This document shows, one piece after another, positions 56,929 through 64,000 of a stretch of 64,000 bases of DNA (its first letter is position 1; every line of letters starts with the position of its first letter). Source of the DNA: Rhodothermales bacterium (GTDB taxonomy: Bacteria > Bacteroidota > Rhodothermia > Rhodothermales > BA12). The translations under genes and the position numbers were made by a program. The stretch spans positions 60,899-124,898 of the forward strand of contig CAVSDF010000014.1 of NCBI GenBank assembly GCA_963726715.1. The letters run 5' to 3'. The notes under the pieces were generated by a model. That model searched no databases. It saw only the letters and a list, made by a program, of their open reading frames with translations, and was not told the origin of the DNA.

Positions 56929-57470
56929 ATGCCCGCGCCTGCCCCCGCCTTCGACGACGCCTACGACGACCTGCACCGGCTCGCGCATGCGCTCGTGCAG
57001 CGCCGCACGCCGGGGGCGACGCTCAACGCCACGGCGCTCGTTCACGAGGCGTTCCTGCGCATCGACGGTCTCAGCGCCAACGACCGCGCGCACCTCTTCG
57101 CCCTCGCAGCGCGGGCGATGCGCTTCGTGCTCGTCGACCACGCCCGCGCCCGCACGGCGGCCAAGCGCGGCGGCGCGGCGCGGCGCGTCACGCTCGGCGA
57201 GGCCGACGGGCGTGGCCGACGCTCCGCGCCGACGAGGTGCTGGCGCTCGACGACGCCCTCACACGCCTCTCGGACGAACACCCGCGCCTCGGCGCCCTCG
57301 TCGAACTGCGGTTCTTCGGCGGGATGACGTACGAGGAGGTCGCCGAGGCGCGCGGCGTGTCCGTGCGCACGGCCAAGCGCGAGTGGGCGCTCGCCCGCGC
57401 CTGGCTGCACCGCGCCCTGCACGACGACCGTTCTCCCGGCTTGCCGGACTCCACAGGCTCCGCGCTGTAG
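56929..57470 (+). CDS. ECF sigma factor, kinase-associated type (TIGR02999/EcfK-like; frameshift near 57215)
   Basis: YDDLHRLA, TLNATALVHEAFLR, AMR.VLVDHAR..KRGG, VELRFFGG, KREWALARAWL. Confidence 0.92.
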
Positions 57471-57588
57471 CGCCGCCATCCCGCAGCGGAGCGCACCAAA
57501 CGGCGCCGCTGCGACGCACGGTCCCGGTGACCCATGGCCCTCTGTCGAGCGGTGTTGCGAGATTGGAAAGACCTCCCTCCCCCCGCCC

Positions 57589-59884
57589 ATGCCCGCCCCC
57601 CTCGACCCGGACCGATGGTCCCGCATCGAAACCCTCTTCGCCGACGCCCTCGACCGTCCGGAGGCGGCGCGGGAGGCGTTCGTGCGCGCCCACGCCGGTC
57701 CCGACGCGGCCCTCGCCGACGAAGTGCTCGGCCTGATCGCCCACCACGACGACGCCGAAGCCGCGTGGGGCGAGTCCGCCGCCGACTGGGGCGCGCCGCT
57801 CCTCGCCGACGCCGACCGCCGCGCGGGCGACCGCATCGGCGCGTACGTGCTCGACCACCCGCTCGGGCGCGGCGGAATGGGCACCGTCTGGCGCGCGCAC
57901 CGCGACGACGGCGCGACAGATGGCGCGGGCGGCGACCCCGGCGCCCCGTGGCCATCAAGATCGTCCGGCGCGGCCTCGACACCGCCGACGTGCGGCGCCG
58001 CTTCCGGCAGGAGCAGCGCCTGCTCGCGGCCCTCGACCACCCCGGCATCGCGCGCCTGCTCGACGGCGGCGTAACCGACGACGGGCTGCCGTACGTCGTG
58101 ATGGAGTACGTGGCCGGCGAGCCCATCGACGCGTACTGCGACCGCCGCCGCCTCGAGCGTGCCCGACCGCCTGCGGCTCTTCCAGCAGGTCTGCGAGGCG
58201 GTGCAGTACGCCCACCAGCGGCTCGTCGTCCACCGCGACCTCAAGCCCTCCAACCTCTTCGTCGTGGACGACGGCGGCGGACCGCGCGTCAAGCTGCTGG
58301 ACTTCGGCATCGCCAAGGTTCTCCAGCCCGACGAGATGGGCCTGTCGCGGCTGCTCACGCGCGCCGAGCAGCGCCTGCTCACGCCCGCCTACGCCAGCCC
58401 CGAGCAGCGCACCGGGGCGCCCGTCACGACGGCCTGCGACGTGTACGGCCTCGGCGTGCTGCTCTACGAACTCCTCACCGGCCACCTGCCCTTCCCCGCC
58501 CCGCCGGTGGCGATGGACGCGCCGCCGCGCCCGTCCGACATCGTCCGGCAGCGCCGCACCGAGACGCGCGCCGACGGCGTGGCCCGCGACGTGACGCCCG
58601 GCGCGGTGGGCCGGGCGCGCGCGCCTGGACCCGGAGCGCCTGCGCCGCACGCTCTCCGGCGACCTCGACACGGTCGTGCTCATGGCGCTGCGCCGCGAGC
58701 CCGAGCGGCGCTACGCCTCGGCAGCGCAGATGGCCGAGGACATCGAGCGCCACCTCGCGGGCGTGCCGGTACGGGCGCGCCCAAGCACCGCGCGGTACCG
58801 CGCCGGGCGTTTGTGCGGCGGCACCGCGCGGGGGTGGCCGTGGCGGTGGGGCTCGTTCTGCTACTGGCGGGATTTGCCGGGGCGATGGCCGCCGAGCGCA
58901 CCCGCACCGCCCGCGAGGCGGCCAAGGCCCGCGCCGTCGCCGACGTGCTCGCGAGCCTCTTCGACGCCGCCAACCCGATGGTCTCCGACGGCGACACCGC
59001 CACCGTCCACGACGTGCTGCGCCGCGCCGAGCCGCGCGTCCGCGCCACCCTCGCCGGACCAGCCCGAGGCGCTCGCCGAAGTCCTCGGCGTCATCGGGCG
59101 CGCGTACCGCGAGCAGACCGACTTCGCCCGCGCCGACTCCGCCCTCCGCGACGCCCTCGCCCTCCACCGCCGCACCGACCCGCGCAGCGACGCCACCGCC
59201 GCCGCCCTCGGGGACCTCGCCACGCTCGCCTTCATGCGCGGCGACCTCGACGATGCCCTCGCGAGTGCCCGCGCGCACCTCGCCCTCGTGCGCGAGCGCC
59301 ACGGCCCGCGCGACCTGCGCGCCGTGCCCGCCCTCGCGCGCATCGCCGCCATCCACCTTCAGGCCCACCGCCTCGACTCCGCCCGTGCCACCCTCGACGC
59401 CGGCCTCGCCCTCACGCGCCCGAGCCGCGAGACGACCCCCGACGCCTACCTCCAATTCGCCGGTCTCGACGGATGGTACGCGGCGCTCACCGGCGACCAC
59501 GCCGCGGCGGTGCGCGTCGCGCGCGAGATCCTCGCCCTGCACCGCCGCACCGGCGCGGCCCTCGCCGACATCGCCCTCGCCGAGCGCATCCTCGGCGACC
59601 AGTGCCTGCGCGCCGCCGACCTCGCCTGCGCCGATAGCGCCCTCGCAAGCGCCGACGCCGACTACCGAGTGGTCTTCGGCCCCGACAGCCGCTACGGCGC
59701 CCTCGTCCTCGCCCACCGCGCCGACCTCGCCGCCGCGCGCGGCCAGACCCTCCGCGCCGACAGCCTCTTCGCCACCGCCACCGCCCGCACCGTCGCCCAC
59801 TTCGGCCCCGCCAGCCCCGAAGCCCGCGCCACTGCCGATGCCGCCGCCCGCCACCGCGCCGGTCGCCTCGCACCGTCGCGCTGA
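57589..59884 (+). CDS. Hanks-type Ser/Thr kinase with TM and TPR-like domain (frameshifted)
   Basis: GRGGMG, VAIK, HRDLKPSN, DFGIAK, TPAYASPEQ, DVYGLG; TM; helical repeats. Confidence 0.92.
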
Positions 59885-59923
59885 GCGACAGAACGGTTCA
59901 CATCCGCCCGCTCCCGCAGACCG

Positions 59924-59992
59924 TGTCATTGCGAGGCCCGGAACGGGCCGCGGCCATCCGGGTCGACGGCGCCCGTCGGTCCAGATGGCCAC
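59924..59992. repeat. Truncated family C repeat, copy 2
   Basis: TGTCATTGCGAG..GGCCATC..GATGGCCAC; right terminal IR missing. Confidence 0.6.
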
Positions 59993-60134
59993 TCCGCCGG
60001 GCGCCGGGGCAGGATGCGTCGACGCAGAATCCGGGCACAGCGTCCTGCCGCATGGGCCTTGCGCGCGGTGCGGGCGCGCGGCGATCTTGGCGCCGCGTCC
60101 GCCGTTCCACGCCCCGCATTCATCCCCGGCCTCC

Positions 60135-61139
60135 ATGCCCCGCAGCCTCGCCTCCGTCCAGCAGATCCGCAGCCTCTCCCCGATCGCGGGCGCCGACGCC
60201 ATCGAGGTGGCGACGGTGCGCGGGTGGAAGGTGGTCGTGAAGAAGGGCGAGTTCGCGGCGGGCGACCTCGCCGTCTACGTCGAGATCGACGCGTTTCTGC
60301 CCGAGCGGCCCGAGTTCGAGTTCCTCCGCACCTCGTCGTTCAAGACGCTCGACGACGGGCGCGGCGGCTTCCGCCTGCGGACGGTCAAGCTGCGCGGGCA
60401 GATCTCGCAGGGCCTGCTGCTCCCGCTCGACGCCGTGCCCGACGGCGTTTCGACCGACGAAGGCGCCGATGTCACCGACGCGCTCGGCATCGTCCTCTAC
60501 GAACCGCCGATGCCCGTCTCCGACGACGCGCGCGGTCCGTTTCCGACGTTCGTGCCGCGCACCGAGGAGGAGCGCGTGCAGAACCTCCCCGACCTCTTCG
60601 GCGCCGACCGCCCCGCCGGGCCGCTGTATCTGGCCGAGAAGCTCGACGGAAGCTCGCTCACCGCCTACGTCCGCGGCGACGAGTTCGGCGTCTGCTCGCG
60701 CGCGCTCGACCTCCTCGACACGCCCACCAACCCGTACTGGGCCGCCGCGCGCCGCGCCGGGCTGGAGGCGTCGATGCGGGCGCTCGGGCGGAGCGTCGCC
60801 GTGCAGGGCGAACTCGTCGGCGCGGGCGTGCAGGGCAACCCGTACCGGATGGCCGACACCGCCATCCGCCTGTTCTCCGCTTACGACATCGACGCCCGCG
60901 TCTACCTGCCGCTCGATGACCTCCGCGCCCTCGCCGCCGCCCTCGGCCTCGACACCGTGCCGATCCTCGACGACGCCTTCGTCCTCCCTGACACCCTCGA
61001 CGACATGATCGCCCTTGCCGAAGGCCCGTCGTCGCTGCGCCCCGAGACCACGCGCGAGGGCGTCGTCGTGCGCGCCCACGACCGCAGCGTCTCGTTCAAG
61101 GCCATCTCCAACCGCTACCTCCTGAAGCACGGCGGGTGA
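60135..61139 (+). CDS. ATP-dependent RNA ligase, DRB0094/Rnl5 family
   Basis: N-terminal OB module (GADAIE, GWKVVVKKGEF, EIDAFLP, LRGQISQGL); motif I EKLDGSS, QGELVG, REGVV, SFKAIS. Confidence 0.9.
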   Translation: MPRSLASVQQIRSLSPIAGADAIEVATVRGWKVVVKKGEFAAGDLAVYVEIDAFLPERPEFEFLRTSSFKTLDDGRGGFRLRTVKLRGQISQGLLLPLDAVPDGVSTDEGADVTDALGIVLYEPPMPVSDDARGPFPTFVPRTEEERVQNLPDLFGADRPAGPLYLAEKLDGSSLTAYVRGDEFGVCSRALDLLDTPTNPYWAAARRAGLEASMRALGRSVAVQGELVGAGVQGNPYRMADTAIRLFSAYDIDARVYLPLDDLRALAAALGLDTVPILDDAFVLPDTLDDMIALAEGPSSLRPETTREGVVVRAHDRSVSFKAISNRYLLKHGG

Positions 61140-61239
61140 GTGGGGATGTGCGGTCGGCGAGAGGATTCGTCCGCGGCGCGCGTGAACGTGTGCGGCGTGT
61201 GTGCGTTGGCGGTGGGATTCGCCTGACCGACGCTCCCCG

Positions 61240-64000
61240 ATGGCCCGTTCCGCCCCGAAGGCCGACGCCCCTACCCCGTCATCTGCGCCTTCCGGCGCCT
61301 CCTCTGCCGCGCCTGCACCGCCACCGCCGTCCACCGGCCCGAAGCGGCTGCGCGACCGCGTGCTCGTCGTGCGCGGCGCGCGGCAGCACAACCTCAAGGG
61401 CATCGACGTGGACATCCCGCACGGGCGCCTCGTCGTGGTGACGGGGCCGAGCGGGAGCGGCAAGTCGTCGCTGGCCTTCGACACGATCTACGCCGAGGGG
61501 CAGCGCCGCTACGTCGAGAGCCTGTCGGCGTACGCGCGGCAGTTCCTCGCGCGGATGGACAAGCCGGAGGTCGACTACATCTCGGGCCTCGCCCCGGCGC
61601 TCGCCATCCAGCAGCAGACGGCGGTCAAGAACCCGCGCTCGACGGTCGCCACGCAGACGGAGATCTACGACTACCTGCGCCTGCTCTTCGCCCGCATCGG
61701 GCGGACGGTCTCGCCGGTCTCGGGCGAGGAGGTCACGCGCGACACGCCGCGCTCGCTCGCCGACGACGTGACGCGCCGACTGGGGCCGGGCGACCGCTTC
61801 CTGCTCACCTTCGCCCTCCCCGACCGCAAGGCGACGAAGGGCGCGGCCAAGGTGACCGTCGCCGACGAACTCGACGTGCTCCGGGCGCGCGGTTTCTTCC
61901 GCGTCGTCGTCCTCCCCACCGACGCGCAGCGCAAGAAGGGCGCCGCGCCCGAGACGCTCGACCTCAACGAAGTCGCCGATGCCGCGACGGCCGCCAAAGT
62001 CCCCGCCGCGCGCCTGCGCGTGCTCGTCGACCGCCTCGCCGTTCCTGCCGCGGGCGCGACCGACGCCGAGCGCGAGACGACGCTCTCGCGCCTCGCCGAC
62101 AGCGCCGAGCAGGCCTTCCGCGAGGGCGGCGGACGCGCCGAGGTGCTCGTGGCCACCGGCAGCCGCGCGGGCGAGGCGATGCCGTACTCGGAGTTCTTCG
62201 AGCGCGACGGGATGCGCTTCGAGGCGCCCTCGCCGCTCCTGTTCTCCTTCAACAGCCCCGTCGGCGCCTGCCCGACGTGCCAGGGCTTCGGGCGCGTGCC
62301 CGGCATCGACCCGGGCCTCGTCGTGCCGACGCCCGACCTCACGATCCGCCAGGGCGCACTCGCGCCGTTCCGCACCGAGCAGTGGTCGGAGTACCTGCGC
62401 GCGCTCGTCCGCGAGGCCGCGCGCACCGGCTTCCCCATCGACACGCCCTACCGCGCCCTCAGCGCCGAGCAGCAGGCGTGGGTGTGGGCCGGATCGGGCG
62501 ATTACGTGGGCGTGAACGGCTTCTTCAAGTACCTCGAGTCGAAGTCGTACAAGATGCACTACCGCATCTACACGGCGCGCTTCCGCGGCTACACGACCTG
62601 TCCGGACTGCGACGGCTACCGCCTGCGCAAGGACGCGACCTACGTCAAGATCGGCCCCGTCGGCAACCGCCTGCACATCGGCGAGGCGTCGGAGCTGACG
62701 ACGAAGGACGCGCTCGCGTGGTTCGACGCCCTCGCGCTACTCGACGCACGAGATGGCGATCGCGGCGACGATCCTCGACGAGACGCGCAAGCGCCTGCGC
62801 TACCTCGTCGATGTCGGGCTCGATTACCTGACCCTCGACCGCCTCTCGATGACGCTCTCGGGCGGCGAGAGCCAGCGCATCCACCTCGCGACGAGTCTCG
62901 GCTCGGCGCTCGTCGGCAGCCTGTACGTGCTCGACGAGCCGTCGATCGGCCTGCACCCGCGCGATACCGGCCGCCTGATCACGATCCTCGAACACCTGCG
63001 CGACGTCGGCAACACGGTCCTCGTCGTCGAGCACGAGCCGGAGATGATGCGCCGCGCGGACATGATCCTCGACGTCGGGCCGGGCTCCGGGCGCGAGGGC
63101 GGGCACCTCGTCTTCCAGGGCACCTACGACGAGGTGCTGCTCGCCGAGGACTCGATCACCGGCGCCTACCTCTCCGGCCGCCGCGAAATCCCGACGCCCG
63201 CCGTGCGGCGCGCCATCGACGACGAGCGCGTCATCGAGGTGACGGGCGCGAGCGAGCACAACCTCAAGCACATCGACACGCGGATTCCGCTCGGGATGAT
63301 CGTGACGGTGACGGGCGTCTCCGGCAGCGGCAAGTCGACGCTCGTGCGCGACGTGGTTTACGCGGGCCTGCGCCGCGCGAAGGGCCTCGACCTCGGCGAC
63401 GTGTCGATCGGCGCGCACGAGAGCCTGCGCGGGGCGTCGCTCGTGGATGGCGTCGAGATGGTCGATCAGAGCCCGATCGGCAAGACGAGCCGGTCCAATC
63501 CGGTCAGCTACGTCAAGGCGTGGGACGCCATCCGCGCGCTCCTCTCCGAGACGCACGGGGCGCGGCTGCGCGGCTTCAAGCCCGCGACGTTCTCGTTCAA
63601 CGTGGCCGGCGGGCGCTGCGAGACGTGCGAGGGCGAGGGCGTGGTGAAGGTCGAGATGCAGTTCCTCGCCGACCTCTACCTCGAATGCGAGGCCTGCAAG
63701 GGCCGCCGCTTCAAGCAGGAAGTGCTCGACGTGCGCTACAAAGGCAAGAACGTCGACGACATTTTGCGGATGACGATCCGGGAGGCCGCCGCCTTCTTCG
63801 ACGCCGCCGGAGCGAGTGCCGTGGTGAGCAAGATCCGCGTGCTCGACGAGATCGGGCTCGGCTACCTGACGCTCGGGCAGCCCTCGAACACGCTCTCGGG
63901 CGGCGAGGCGCAGCGCGTCAAACTCGCCGCCATCCTCGCCAAACCCCCGGCAGGCCCGACGCTCTACGTCTTCGACGAGCCGACGACCGGCCTCCACTTC
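61240..64000 (+). CDS. uvrA: Excinuclease ABC subunit A (3' truncated by window; frameshift near 62740)
   Basis: GARQHNLK, GPSGSGKSSLAFDT, FSFNSP.GAC, LSGGESQRI, GVSGSGKS, LSGGEAQR. Confidence 0.97.
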   Translation, partial: MARSAPKADAPTPSSAPSGASSAAPAPPPPSTGPKRLRDRVLVVRGARQHNLKGIDVDIPHGRLVVVTGPSGSGKSSLAFDTIYAEGQRRYVESLSAYARQFLARMDKPEVDYISGLAPALAIQQQTAVKNPRSTVATQTEIYDYLRLLFARIGRTVSPVSGEEVTRDTPRSLADDVTRRLGPGDRFLLTFALPDRKATKGAAKVTVADELDVLRARGFFRVVVLPTDAQRKKGAAPETLDLNEVADAATAAKVPAARLRVLVDRLAVPAAGATDAERETTLSRLADSAEQAFREGGGRAEVLVATGSRAGEAMPYSEFFERDGMRFEAPSPLLFSFNSPVGACPTCQGFGRVPGIDPGLVVPTPDLTIRQGALAPFRTEQWSEYLRALVREAARTGFPIDTPYRALSAEQQAWVWAGSGDYVGVNGFFKYLESKSYKMHYRIYTARFRGYTTCPDCDGYRLRKDATYVKIGPVGNRLHIGEASELTTKDALAWFDALALLDARDGDRGDDPRRDAQAPALPRRCRARLPDPRPPLDDALGRREPAHPPRDESRLGARRQPVRARRAVDRPAPARYRPPDHDPRTPARRRQHGPRRRARAGDDAPRGHDPRRRAGLRARGRAPRLPGHLRRGAARRGLDHRRLPLRPPRNPDARRAARHRRRARHRGDGRERAQPQAHRHADSARDDRDGDGRLRQRQVDARARRGLRGPAPREGPRPRRRVDRRAREPARGVARGWRRDGRSEPDRQDEPVQSGQLRQGVGRHPRAPLRDARGAAARLQARDVLVQRGRRALRDVRGRGRGEGRDAVPRRPLPRMRGLQGPPLQAGSARRALQRQERRRHFADDDPGGRRLLRRRRSECRGEQDPRARRDRARLPDARAALEHALGRRGAARQTRRHPRQTPGRPDALRLRRADDRPPL

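Overview
High-GC bacterial chromosome segment, most consistent with Rhodothermota (Rubricoccus/Rubrivirga-like). This rests on T9SS C-terminal sorting domains, a BatA protein and a dcw cluster without murF, and is inference rather than a database result. Many essential genes carry 1-bp indels, which look like long-read consensus errors, so CDS coordinates are reconstructed across frames. In order, the window holds: M23 peptidase, CPBP protease, tRNA-Ser(GCT), glutaminyl cyclase, beta-CASP RNase, the dcw cluster (mraZ to ftsZ, minus strand), a divergent LexA-like regulator, pyrG, an RDD/SpoIIM/DUF4129/DUF4350/MoxR/DUF58 cluster, a glycosyltransferase/epimerase/methyltransferase run behind gyrB, CBS protein, hflX, BatA, PIG-L deacetylase, yhbY, a large T9SS cargo gene facing an ECF sigma/Ser-Thr kinase pair, a DRB0094-type RNA ligase and uvrA (truncated by the window end). 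The most notable signals are: (1) a LexA paralogue lacking the cleavage site and both catalytic residues, head-to-head with mraZ; (2) a compositionally mosaic T9SS protein with a helical core next to an EcfK/PknS-like pair; (3) Q-rule signal peptides alongside a type I glutaminyl cyclase; (4) several families of intergenic palindromic repeats; (5) CCTCC-rich leaders without a Shine-Dalgarno site. No CRISPR array, integrase, transposase or rRNA was found.
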